Shown here: in pieces, positions 20,614 through 29,677 of the stretch | Layout: every line of letters starts with the position of its first letter | Position numbering within the stretch: position 1 is the first letter of the stretch | Origin: Bacteroidaceae bacterium | Lineage (GTDB): Bacteria; Bacillota; Clostridia; Christensenellales; Aristaeellaceae | Direction: 5' to 3' | NCBI GenBank assembly: GCA_963642705.1 | Contig: CAVIHU010000002.1 | Span: 43,519-107,518 of the forward strand | Length of the DNA stretch: 64,000 bases | Notes under the pieces: generated by a model | What the model saw: the letters and a program-made list of their open reading frames with translations, nothing else | Database searches by the model: none | What the model was told of the DNA's origin: nothing | Position numbers and translations under genes: made by a program

Positions 20614-21638
20614 GTATCGGGGAAGAATTGTTGGCCCGGGAGCTGCCCGCGCTTGACGCCTCGCAGGAACGGCGGGAGGAGAAGCTTGCGCTGCTTCGCC
20701 GGGAATTTCTGGGCTGCTGGCCGGACAATGTCCGCGTGTCCTTTCCATTGATTTCCGCAGACGAGGAGGCCTGCGGCGGCAAGGGCATCAGCCGTTTTCT
20801 CCGTGCAACGCTGGAGAAGGACGGCGTGCAGGCGGAGTTTCCGTTCAGCGTGACCATCCCGAAGAAGGCCGCCCGACCGGTGCCGGTGTTCGTGCACCTG
20901 CATTTCCCGAATGAGGCGGCGTGCGGTATGGCGGAGGAGCTGCTCGACCGCGGCTATGCGGTTGCATCGGTCTGTTACGAGGAGATCGAGAAGGATGACA
21001 GCAAGCCTGCCGCATCGCCTATGGCGGAGCTGTCTGACGATGTCAGCAGCAGCCGCTGGGGGAAAATCGGCGAATGGGCTTTCGCAGCGCACTGCATCGC
21101 GGATTACCTGCTGACGCTGTCTGAAATCGACGGGAAGCGCATGACCGTCATCGGGCATTCGCGCCTGGGATTGACGGCGCTCTGGTGCGGTGCGAACGAC
21201 CCGCGGTTCAGCCTGACGGTCGGCGTGAATGCCGGCGGATTGTATCGCGGCTCGGAATGCGAGCAGTTTGCCGATCTGGCGAGGGAATATACGCGCTACT
21301 GGTTCTGTCCAGCCTTCTTCGACCGTCCGCTGGACGCGTCAGCCCTGCCGTTTGACCTGCACTTCCTGCTCAGCCTGATTGCCCCGAGGCACCTGCTGAT
21401 GATTGGCGCCTCACGCGACCGCTGGGCATCGCCGCATTCGATGCTGCTTGCTGCCTGCGCCGCAAGTCCGGCTTACGAACAGCTCGGCTTGCAGGGCATT
21501 TGCGCACCGGATGTACCGCAGACAGGAACTCTGTACGGCGAAGGACGCATCGGCTTTTACATTCGCGACGGCATCCATTACTTTGGCCGAGAGGAATGGC
21601 TTGCAGCGATGGAATACCGCGAAATGCACCAGGTATAA
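20610..21638 (+). CDS. Alpha/beta hydrolase, CE15 (glucuronoyl esterase)-like
   Basis: ATGA overlap with the araC stop. Nucleophile motif GHSRLG (CE15 consensus G-x-S-R-x-G) and a C-terminal RDGIHYFGREEW His motif. No signal peptide. Confidence 0.55.
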   Translation: MSIGEELLARELPALDASQERREEKLALLRREFLGCWPDNVRVSFPLISADEEACGGKGISRFLRATLEKDGVQAEFPFSVTIPKKAARPVPVFVHLHFPNEAACGMAEELLDRGYAVASVCYEEIEKDDSKPAASPMAELSDDVSSSRWGKIGEWAFAAHCIADYLLTLSEIDGKRMTVIGHSRLGLTALWCGANDPRFSLTVGVNAGGLYRGSECEQFADLAREYTRYWFCPAFFDRPLDASALPFDLHFLLSLIAPRHLLMIGASRDRWASPHSMLLAACAASPAYEQLGLQGICAPDVPQTGTLYGEGRIGFYIRDGIHYFGREEWLAAMEYREMHQV

Positions 21639-21670
21639 GAAGGGCTCCTGCAATTTTGCAGGAGCCCTTC
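21639..21670. terminator. Bidirectional hairpin between convergent genes
   Basis: Near-perfect 32-nt palindrome GAAGGGCTCCTGCAA/TTGCAGGAGCCCTTC. No clear U-run on either side. Confidence 0.5.
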
Positions 21671-21680
21671 CGGTATTGCC

Positions 21681-22586
21681 TCAGAACAAATCCAGCATCG
21701 AATCGAGATAAATGGCTTCGCGAACCTCCAGCTGATGCTCGGGTCTGACCATGTAGTAGAGGAGAATTTCAAATACCATCGCACTGCCGAGCCCGCGTCC
21801 CTCGAGCTTGAATTCCGTGAAGCCCATCGGCAGATAGATGCGCTGAATGTCCTCGATGCTGATGAAGGCGGGATTGCGCATCGCCTGCGAAAGGCGGTAA
21901 CCGTCCTGCGCATGCGGTGCGGTGCAGCGATGCTCCGGCGCATCCTCGCCGAGGTTCTTCCGGCTGACAGCCTCATAGCAGCGTTTGCGCTCGGTGCAGG
22001 AGAAGGAGCAGCACTCGTTGCAGAGAAACTCCGTCTTGTCCTTCAGCGGCTGCGGCAGGGTATTCAGCCGGTCAAACGCTTTGTTCAGCCGGAAATCAGG
22101 AACGATATAGCGGAATTCGGGGCGCTCGGCTTCGCGCAGGTATTCCGTAAAAGCTGTCAGCACCTTCGTCGTCGAGGAGACAAGATACAGCTTCGGGTAT
22201 TGCGCTTGCAGATACGCCGTCAGCAGCTCGGAATGGACAATCACGCCGTTGCACAGGGGCTCGCCCTCGGACAGGAGCGCACAGAGCTTGTTGCAGCGTG
22301 AGTCGGACAGATGCTCAGGGCGCAGCAGAGAGTTGCTGAACGTCAGCCGCGATGAAATGCCGTATTTCCGTGCGAGACTGACGGCATCGCGCGGCTTGCA
22401 GATGCTTTCGCTGACGCGTCCGCCGCCCCACAGGCAGTCAGACGGTGCGCCGTAAAGCGAGCCGATGTCGCACCAGCCGTAGAAATACTCCCGATGCGCT
22501 TCAAACAGCGGCAGAAACAGGCGGTACAGGTCGTAAAACTCGAATAAGCCGGGCAGGTGGTAATGGGCAGCTCTCTTTTCATCCAT
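21681..22586 (-). CDS. Conserved hypothetical protein with Cys cluster
   Basis: 301-aa ORF with good codon bias. Cluster CNECCSFSCTERKRC. I recognise no domain. Confidence 0.6.
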   Translation of the reverse strand: MDEKRAAHYHLPGLFEFYDLYRLFLPLFEAHREYFYGWCDIGSLYGAPSDCLWGGGRVSESICKPRDAVSLARKYGISSRLTFSNSLLRPEHLSDSRCNKLCALLSEGEPLCNGVIVHSELLTAYLQAQYPKLYLVSSTTKVLTAFTEYLREAERPEFRYIVPDFRLNKAFDRLNTLPQPLKDKTEFLCNECCSFSCTERKRCYEAVSRKNLGEDAPEHRCTAPHAQDGYRLSQAMRNPAFISIEDIQRIYLPMGFTEFKLEGRGLGSAMVFEILLYYMVRPEHQLEVREAIYLDSMLDLF

Positions 22587-22591
22587 GATGC

Positions 22592-23680
22592 TTAGCGGCG
22601 GATGTCGTAATTCATGTCGGCAAGGTTGCGGATAGACCTGACGTCGTCCGTGATGTTCGCGTCGCCGTGAATCGTGTGCTTGATGACGCTCGACGCGACG
22701 GCGAAATTCAGCATATCCATCGGCTTGTAGTCGTGCATCATCGCGTAAATCAGACCGGAGGCAAACGCGTCGCCGCCGCCGACACGGTCAAGGATGGTGA
22801 ACGTGAACAGCTTCGACTCGAAGGTATGTCCGTCGTACCACATGAATGCCTTCAGGCTGTTTTCAGAGCCGGAATGGGCGTAACGGACATGCCGTGCGAT
22901 ACAGCGGAGATTCGGGTAGCGCTCGACAAAGTGCTGGAACACCTCGTCCTGCTGCTCATACGAGGGCTGAAGCGGCACACCATCCTTCCAGTCGCCCTGC
23001 GTATGGTCATCGTCATTGCGCCAGAGGTGGTACGGCTCGATGCCAAGCAGGATATCCACATACGGCAGGCAGAGCGTGCAGAAATCACGCGCCTGCTCCC
23101 AAGTCCACAGTGCGGAGCGGAAGTTGCCGTCAAAGGAGACGGTCATACCCTTTTCCTTGGCAGTCTTGAGCAAATCAAGCGTCAGCTGGGCGCAGTTCGC
23201 CCCAAGCGCGGGCGTGATGCCGGAGAGGTGCAGCCAGTCAAAGCCGTCCAGCAGAGAAGCCAGATCAACCTTCGAGAAGTCGTATTCCGCCATGGCGGAG
23301 TGCTTGCGATCGTAGATGACCTTGCTCGGACGGACGCCGTAGCCGGTTTCGAGGTAGTACGTGCCAAGACGGTGCGTAGGCGTTTCCGCAGGCGTAGAGA
23401 GAATCACCGGCGTGCAGTGCACGTCATTGGAGCGCAGCAGGCGGACGGCTGATTTGCCCAGCGAGTTATCCGGCACGACGGAGAAGAAGGTGCTGTCGAT
23501 GCCGAGGTTCGCGAGCGCGAGCGCGATATTCGCCTCCGAGCCGCCGTAGGATGCCTCGAAGGTATTTGTCATGCGGATTTTCTCGTAATTCGGCGGTGTC
23601 AGGCGGAGCATGATTTCGCCGACGGTGATGAACTTCTTGTCGCAGCTCATGTCGCGCAGGAGCGGATTGGCGTGCAGCAT
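22592..23680 (-). CDS. kdgK: 2-dehydro-3-deoxygluconokinase-like PfkB sugar kinase
   Basis: ATG at 23680 follows GAAAGGGGA. N-terminal GEIMLRLTP...GGSEANIALALANLG and C-terminal DRVGGGDAF PfkB motifs. Confidence 0.8.
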   Translation of the reverse strand: MLHANPLLRDMSCDKKFITVGEIMLRLTPPNYEKIRMTNTFEASYGGSEANIALALANLGIDSTFFSVVPDNSLGKSAVRLLRSNDVHCTPVILSTPAETPTHRLGTYYLETGYGVRPSKVIYDRKHSAMAEYDFSKVDLASLLDGFDWLHLSGITPALGANCAQLTLDLLKTAKEKGMTVSFDGNFRSALWTWEQARDFCTLCLPYVDILLGIEPYHLWRNDDDHTQGDWKDGVPLQPSYEQQDEVFQHFVERYPNLRCIARHVRYAHSGSENSLKAFMWYDGHTFESKLFTFTILDRVGGGDAFASGLIYAMMHDYKPMDMLNFAVASSVIKHTIHGDANITDDVRSIRNLADMNYDIRR

Positions 23681-23817
23681 GGGTGATATCCCCTTTCTGT
23701 TGTAAGTATTTACAATAGGAACTGATTTGATTTCAGTATAGCAGGGAAATCGCATTTGTCAAGGGGAAAATAAGAATCACGCGGAGCCTGTATGAAAGTG
23801 CGCTCAACTCGATCACG

Positions 23818-23879
23818 AAAAGCGTGCAGGGACGGAGTTCGTGCCGGGGCTTGGGGCGAAACGCCAACTGCGCTTTTTC
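23818..23879. repeat. Related element, copy G (terminator-shaped, in a divergent intergenic region)
   Basis: AAAGCGtgCAG ... CCGGGGCTTGGGGCGAAACGCCAA CTGCGCTTTTT. Confidence 0.4.
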
Positions 23880-23900
23880 TGTACTTTCGCTCGCGAACGG

Positions 23901-23929
23901 TTGACGCATCGCTGCAAAAACGGTATGAT
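23901..23929 (+). promoter_or_regulatory. SigA-type promoter for the aconitase gene
   Basis: TTGACG, a 17-nt spacer, then TATGAT. Confidence 0.55.
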
Positions 23930-24008
23930 GTTTCTGTCTCTGTGATGCAGACGATTCGCACATTGCCGTGCGGAGCGTGAAACGGAACCAAACAAAGGAG
24001 TTTGACCT

Positions 24009-25949
24009 ATGTCTATGAACCTGACTCAGAAAATCCTCTCGGCGCATCTGCTTAGCGGCGAGCTGATCCCCGGCACGGAGATCTCCATCCGCATCGATCA
24101 GACGCTGACGCAGGATTCTACCGGCACCATGGCGTACCTCCAGTTCGAGGCAATGGGTGTCAGCCGCGTGAAGACGAAGAAGTCCGTGGCGTATATCGAC
24201 CATAACACCCTGCAGACCGGCTTCGAGAACGCAGATGACCACTATTATATTCAGACGGTCACGAAGAAGCACGGCATCTATTGCTCGAAGCCCGGCAACG
24301 GCATTTGCCATCAGGTGCAGCTGGAGCGCTTCGGCGTACCGGGCTACACGCTGCTGGGCTCGGACAGCCATACGCCGACCGGCGGCGGCATCGGAATGCT
24401 GGCCATCGGTGCGGGCGGACTGGACGTTGCGGTCGCGATGGGCGGCGGCGCATACTATCTTGCCTGTCCGAAGGTTGTGGGCGTTCGCCTGCACGGCAAG
24501 CTCTCCTACGGCGTCGCAGCGAAGGATATCATCCTGGAGGTGCTGCGCCGGCTGACGGTCAAGGGCGGCGTCGGCAAGGTGATGGAATACATCGGTGAGG
24601 GCGTGAAGACGCTGTCCGTGCCGGAGCGCGCCACGATTGCCAACATGGGTGCTGAGCTGGGCGCGACAACCTCCGTCTTCCCGTCGGACGAAATCACGCA
24701 TGCCTTCCTGAAGGCGCAGCAGCGTGAGCAGGACTTCGTAGCCCTTGCGGCGGACGCGGATGCGAAGTACGACGAGATGATCGACATCGACCTGTGCGCG
24801 CTCGAACCGCTCGTTGCCAAGCCTCATATGCCTGACATTGTCGAGACCGTCAGAGAATGCGGTCCGATCAAGGTCGATCAGGTGTTCATCGGCTCCTGCA
24901 CGAACTCCTCCTACACCGACATGATGCGCGTCGCCCGTATCCTGAAGGGCAAGACGGTGCATCCGGATGTCAGCCTTGTCATCGGTCCCGGCTCTAAGCA
25001 GGTGCTGACGATGCTGGCACGCAACGGCGCATTGGCGGACATGATCGCGGCAGGCGCGCGCATCCTTGAATCTGCCTGTGGTCCCTGCATCGGCATGGGT
25101 CAGTCGCCGCGCACGAACGCCGTGTCCGTCCGCACGAATAACCGCAATTTCTACGGCCGCAGCGGAACAAAATCCGCCGGCATTTACCTTGTGTCCTGCG
25201 AAACGGCCGCCGTCACCGCGCTGACCGGCGTGCTGACTGACCCGCGCTGCCTCGATATTGACCTCGATATCCCGATGCCGGAAACGTTCACCGTCAATGA
25301 CAACCTCGTCATTCCGCCGGTCGAGCCCGGTCATGAGGATGAGGTGCAGGTCGTCCGCGGCCCGAACATTCAGCCGTTCCCGCTCGGCAAGCCGCTTGCG
25401 GAGAGCGTCTCCGGTCAGGTGCTGCTGAAGATGGAGGACAACATCACGACCGACCACATCGCGCCGTCTGATGCGAAGCTCCTGCCGTTCCGCTCGAACG
25501 TGCCGTATCTGTCTGATTTCTGCCTGACGCCTGTGGACAAGGATTTCCCGGCGCGTGCAAAGGCAGTCGGCGGCGGTCTGCTCGTTGCCGGCAACAACTA
25601 TGGTCAGGGCTCCAGCCGTGAGCATGCTGCGCTTGTGCCGCTGTATCTGGGCATTCGTGCAGTCATCGCGAAGTCCTTCGCACGAATCCATCAGGCGAAC
25701 CTCATCAACAATGGCATTTTGCCGCTGACATTCAGGGACGAAGCAGACTATGACCGCATCGCGCAGGGCGATGTGCTGTCGCTGCCGAATGTCCGCCAGC
25801 TTGTCGAGAACGGCAGCAGTGAGTTCGTGCTGCATAACGATACGAAAAACGAGGACTACACCGTTCTCATGCCGCTGACGCACCGCCAGCAGGGCTGCAT
25901 CCTCTACGGCGGTCTGCTGAACTACACGCGCGAGAGCAGCAAGGCGTAA
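24009..25949 (+). CDS. Aconitate hydratase (about 645-aa aconitase-family enzyme)
   Basis: Fe-S ligand regions (GSDSHT, IGSCTNSS, CGPCIGMG) and a swivel domain with NYGQGSSREHAA. Confidence 0.9.
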   Translation: MSMNLTQKILSAHLLSGELIPGTEISIRIDQTLTQDSTGTMAYLQFEAMGVSRVKTKKSVAYIDHNTLQTGFENADDHYYIQTVTKKHGIYCSKPGNGICHQVQLERFGVPGYTLLGSDSHTPTGGGIGMLAIGAGGLDVAVAMGGGAYYLACPKVVGVRLHGKLSYGVAAKDIILEVLRRLTVKGGVGKVMEYIGEGVKTLSVPERATIANMGAELGATTSVFPSDEITHAFLKAQQREQDFVALAADADAKYDEMIDIDLCALEPLVAKPHMPDIVETVRECGPIKVDQVFIGSCTNSSYTDMMRVARILKGKTVHPDVSLVIGPGSKQVLTMLARNGALADMIAAGARILESACGPCIGMGQSPRTNAVSVRTNNRNFYGRSGTKSAGIYLVSCETAAVTALTGVLTDPRCLDIDLDIPMPETFTVNDNLVIPPVEPGHEDEVQVVRGPNIQPFPLGKPLAESVSGQVLLKMEDNITTDHIAPSDAKLLPFRSNVPYLSDFCLTPVDKDFPARAKAVGGGLLVAGNNYGQGSSREHAALVPLYLGIRAVIAKSFARIHQANLINNGILPLTFRDEADYDRIAQGDVLSLPNVRQLVENGSSEFVLHNDTKNEDYTVLMPLTHRQQGCILYGGLLNYTRESSKA

Positions 25950-25961
25950 TTTCTGCCCAAT

Positions 25962-26047
25962 AAAAGCCGCCGCACCAGCTGATATGATCCCCCGATACTG
26001 GACAACCGGTATTGGAGGTACGTATCATTGCTGGTACGGCGGTTTTT
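25962..26047. terminator. Bidirectional compound terminator
   Basis: AAAAGCCGCCGCACCAGC ... GCTGGTACGGCGGTTTTT outer stem, flanked by an A-run and a T-run, with an inner hairpin. Confidence 0.6.
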
Positions 26048-26056
26048 CATGATGAT

Positions 26057-26890
26057 TCAGTCGGATGATTGAGCAGGGATCATATGCAGCACCATCACGC
26101 TGGCTGCATCCTTTGCGCCGAAGTCAAGCTTGAAGGAGGCATACCCCATCTTGACCGTGACGGGGACAGCGGTTTCCGTGCCGTCAGAATGGAGCAGCCT
26201 CAGATCGCAGCCCTCCAGCAGCGATTCGGGCATCGAGAACCGGATGGTGCCCTTGGCTCGTGCAGAGATGCCGACAATCTCAAAGCAGATGGTCATCAGC
26301 TTTTCGCCGTTTTCCAGCGTGCCTGTGCGCACGACCAGGTCGCCCTTCGGCACGCTGAATGTCATCGCGGCGGCAGAGACACCGTCCCTTTGCGTGAGCC
26401 GCGCCTTTGAATTTACTGCGCCGCAAATCGGGCAGATGGTGAAGGAATATTCCTCGCCGGATGACTGAAGCGTGCAGGCATACCGCTCGCAGCCGACCAT
26501 CAGGCCATCGCGGCAGAAGCTGCGCTTGCACAGGGCGCTGTGCGTGTTCGCGCCGATGTAGACCCACGCGCTGTACCAGTGACCGAACTTGCTGATGGAC
26601 TGCTTCGCCGTCTGCGTGGCTGCCCAATTCGCACTGAAGGTTGCCGTGTAGGTTGTCCTGCCCTTTTCTTCGCACGAAGGCTGCCTTGTGTTTTTCGTCA
26701 CCTTGGCTGACGCGGTCTCGACGTGGCTGCTGTTGCGCCTGCAGATGCGCGTGGCGGTGCAGCTGCTGTGATCAGCCGACCATGTGTAGGTTGCAGCATC
26801 CCAATCATGACCGCTGCTGCAGTCCTCAGCCAGCGCTGTGCCCATGCACAAAAGCGCTGCCAGCAGCATCGCGAAAATCCTCTTCCTCAT
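26057..26890 (-). CDS. Secreted Cys-rich hypothetical protein
   Basis: Signal peptide MRKRIFAMLLAALLCMGTALA. About 14 Cys in the mature N-terminal half. GGGAGGA RBS. Confidence 0.65.
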   Translation of the reverse strand: MRKRIFAMLLAALLCMGTALAEDCSSGHDWDAATYTWSADHSSCTATRICRRNSSHVETASAKVTKNTRQPSCEEKGRTTYTATFSANWAATQTAKQSISKFGHWYSAWVYIGANTHSALCKRSFCRDGLMVGCERYACTLQSSGEEYSFTICPICGAVNSKARLTQRDGVSAAAMTFSVPKGDLVVRTGTLENGEKLMTICFEIVGISARAKGTIRFSMPESLLEGCDLRLLHSDGTETAVPVTVKMGYASFKLDFGAKDAASVMVLHMIPAQSSD

Positions 26891-27062
26891 TTCTTTTGTC
26901 CTCCCCCCGAATGCATGAACGACCGTATGGTGTGACCGATGCGTTACCTTCCTGCATTTTTTGTACTAATTGTCAACTATTCACTGGTATAGTATACCAG
27001 AAAGTCCTGACCTTTGCAAGGGCACCGCATAAAAACGCATGGCGTGTTATGCGAACAAATGA

Positions 27063-27092
27063 TTGACAAACCGAGACGGCCCATGGTAAAAT
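27063..27092 (+). promoter_or_regulatory. SigA-type promoter for nifS-dut
   Basis: TTGACA, an 18-nt spacer, then TGgTAAAAT. Confidence 0.55.
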
Positions 27093-27124
27093 ACCCTTGA
27101 ATTCTTATTTCGCAGGTGAAGGCA

Positions 27125-28309
27125 ATGGACAGGATTTATTTGGACAATGCGGCAACGACTGCGGTGTCTGAACAGGTGCTTCGGGCAATGCTGCCTTATT
27201 TTACGGAATGCTACGGCAACGCGTCAGCGATTCACGGCACAGGCCGCGACGCGAAGAAGGCGGTTGAACGGGCACGCCGGCAGGCAGCGTCGGCGCTTGG
27301 CGCTCAGCCGCAGGAGATTTATTTCACGGCAGGAGGATCGGAGAGCGACAACTGGGCAATCAAGGGTGCGGCATTCGCGAATCAGGCGAAGGGACGTCAT
27401 CTCGTCACGACAGCGATCGAGCATCATGCTGTCCTGCATACATGCCGGTGGCTGGAAAATCAGGGCTGGGAGGTTACGTATCTGCCGGTTGATAAGGAGG
27501 GGTTCGTTACCGCAGAGCAGGTCGGGCACGCGATTCGGCAGGATACCGTGCTTGTCAGCGTGATGGCGGCGAACAATGAAATCGGGACGATTGAGCCCAT
27601 CAGCGAAATCGGCAGTATCTGCAGGGAACGCGGCGTGCTCTTTCACACGGATGCGGTGCAGGCGGTCGGTGCGATGCCGTTGCTTGTGGACGACCTGAAT
27701 GTCGATCTGCTGTCGCTGTCGGCGCATAAGTTCCACGGGCCGAAGGGCATCGGGGCGCTGTATATCCGCAGCGGCGTGACGATTGATTCGCTTGTGCACG
27801 GCGGTGCGCAGGAACGCGGGCATCGGGCAGGCACGGAAAATGTTCCGGCGATTGTCGGGCTGGGCGAAGCGATTGAGATAGCGGTCAATTCGCTCGCGGA
27901 AAACGCGGTGCGTATGACGCGGCTGAGAAATCGGCTGCTAAACGGGCTGACGGAGCGAATTCCGGCGATGCGCCTCAATGGAGCGAAGGACAAACGTCTG
28001 CCGAACAATCTGAACGTGTCGTTTGACGGCATCGAGGGCGAGGCAGTGCTGCTGCGGCTGGATCTGGACGGAATCGCGGCGTCGAGCGGCTCGGCGTGCA
28101 CGGCGGGAAGCCTTGACCCGAGTCACGTGCTGATGGCAATCGGGCTGTCGTGCGATGAGGCAAAGGGTTCGCTGCGGCTGACGCTGGGAACCGACACGAC
28201 GGAAGCGGAGATTGACGAGACGGTGCGCGTGCTGGCAGAGGTTGTCGGAAGCCTGCGAAAAATGACGCACTGGTGCATCAATGCGAGCGGAAAGGAAGAG
28301 ACGAAATGA
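27125..28309 (+). CDS. nifS: Cysteine desulfurase (NifS/IscS class I)
   Basis: [12 protein letters not shown]-Lys motif [12 protein letters not shown], active-site SSGSACT. The start is ATG 27125, or GTG 27116 per the ORF track. Confidence 0.9.
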   Translation: MDRIYLDNAATTAVSEQVLRAMLPYFTECYGNASAIHGTGRDAKKAVERARRQAASALGAQPQEIYFTAGGSESDNWAIKGAAFANQAKGRHLVTTAIEHHAVLHTCRWLENQGWEVTYLPVDKEGFVTAEQVGHAIRQDTVLVSVMAANNEIGTIEPISEIGSICRERGVLFHTDAVQAVGAMPLLVDDLNVDLLSLSAHKFHGPKGIGALYIRSGVTIDSLVHGGAQERGHRAGTENVPAIVGLGEAIEIAVNSLAENAVRMTRLRNRLLNGLTERIPAMRLNGAKDKRLPNNLNVSFDGIEGEAVLLRLDLDGIAASSGSACTAGSLDPSHVLMAIGLSCDEAKGSLRLTLGTDTTEAEIDETVRVLAEVVGSLRKMTHWCINASGKEETK

Positions 28310-28731
28310 AGGTTCTGATTCGCTATCATGAGGGCGCGGAGAAGCTTGAGCCGCTAAAGCAGGGCGACTGGATTGACCTTCGCGCGGCGGAAACAGTCGA
28401 GATGAAGGCAGGGGAATATCGGCTGATTTCGCTGGGCATCTCCGTACAGATGCCGGAAGGCTATGAAGCTCATGTTGCGCCGCGCAGCTCGACCTTCAGG
28501 AACTGGGGCATCATTCAGGTCAACAGCATCGGCATCGTTGACAACAGCTATTGCGGCGATGAGGATATCTGGCGCTATCCGGCACTGGCGATGCGCGACA
28601 CGGTCATCCGTCAGGGCGACCGCATCTGCCAGTTCAGGCTGGTGAAGAAGATGGAAAAGCCGGAGTTCATCGAGGTGGAGCACCTGAATGGCAGCAACCG
28701 CGGCGGCTTCGGCAGCACGGGAAGCCGGTGA
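28306..28731 (+). CDS. dut: dUTP diphosphatase
   Basis: ATGA overlap with the nifS stop. dUTPase motifs ([23 protein letters not shown]). Confidence 0.9.
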   Translation: MKVLIRYHEGAEKLEPLKQGDWIDLRAAETVEMKAGEYRLISLGISVQMPEGYEAHVAPRSSTFRNWGIIQVNSIGIVDNSYCGDEDIWRYPALAMRDTVIRQGDRICQFRLVKKMEKPEFIEVEHLNGSNRGGFGSTGSR

Positions 28732-29594
28732 ACATGCCGCGAGCGCGTCTGCGCATCGAATCGCTGCTGGCACTGCTGACGCTGCTGCTGCTTCTGCTGG
28801 GCGGAGACTGCGTGCGTCAGACGGAAACAGCGGTACAAACCGAGCTGACGGTGTACTTTCTCGATGTCGGGCAGGGCGACGCGGCGATTCTCGTCAGCGG
28901 CGAACACGCGATGCTCATTGACGGCGGCGATGCGTCGAAGAGTCAGATGATTTATGCGTATCTGCGCAATACGCTCGGGATTACCCAACTCGATGTCATC
29001 GTCGGTACGCATCCGCATAACGATCATATCGGCGGACTTGCGGCGGCGCTCAATGCCTGCACCGCGTCGCACGTGTACTGTTCGGTGACATCATGGGATT
29101 CACGCGCGTTCCGTTCGCTGGAGAAATACACGCTGGCGCAGGGTCTGACCATCACCATCCCGACCGAGGGAGAGTGCTTTCCGCTCGGCAGCGCGGTCGT
29201 GACGTTCCTGTCAGACGGGCAGGGCTTCGAGGGGGTCAATGACGCCTCGCTGATCATCCGCGTGGACTGCGGCGAAACGTCCTTCCTGTTTACCGGCGAT
29301 GCTGCATGGGAGGCGGAGCGCGCACTGCTGACGAACGGGGCAAGGCTGGATGCGGATGTGCTCAAGGTCGCGCATCACGGCAGCAGTTCGTCGAGCAGCA
29401 GCGCATTCCTGCATGCTGTCGCGCCGGAATACGCCGTCATCAGCGTCGACGGGGACAACAGCTACGGTCATCCGGCGGAGGAAACGCTCATGCGGCTGGC
29501 GGAAACGGGCGCTGAAATTCTGCGTACGGATGAGCACGGCACCATCTGCATCCATACGGACGGGACACATCTGACCGTGACGACAGAAAAATAG
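28728..29594 (+). CDS. Secreted or membrane-anchored MBL-fold hydrolase (ComEC C-terminal-domain type), paralog of 11581-12450
   Basis: Overlaps the dut stop. N-terminal hydrophobic anchor. FLDVGQGDA, GTHPHNDHIGG and KVAHHGS motifs. Confidence 0.75.
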   Translation: MNMPRARLRIESLLALLTLLLLLLGGDCVRQTETAVQTELTVYFLDVGQGDAAILVSGEHAMLIDGGDASKSQMIYAYLRNTLGITQLDVIVGTHPHNDHIGGLAAALNACTASHVYCSVTSWDSRAFRSLEKYTLAQGLTITIPTEGECFPLGSAVVTFLSDGQGFEGVNDASLIIRVDCGETSFLFTGDAAWEAERALLTNGARLDADVLKVAHHGSSSSSSSAFLHAVAPEYAVISVDGDNSYGHPAEETLMRLAETGAEILRTDEHGTICIHTDGTHLTVTTEK

Positions 29595-29648
29595 AAAGAA
29601 ATCAGGCGGATTCCGGGGCAAAATGTTGTGCCGAAGCGCGAAAAATGC

Positions 29649-29677
29649 TTGTATTCCGGAAAAATGTGTGTTATACT
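29649..29677 (+). promoter_or_regulatory. SigA-type promoter for the rimP-nusA-infB operon
   Basis: TTGTAT, a 17-nt spacer, then TGtTATACT. Leaves a leader of about 235 nt. Confidence 0.5.
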
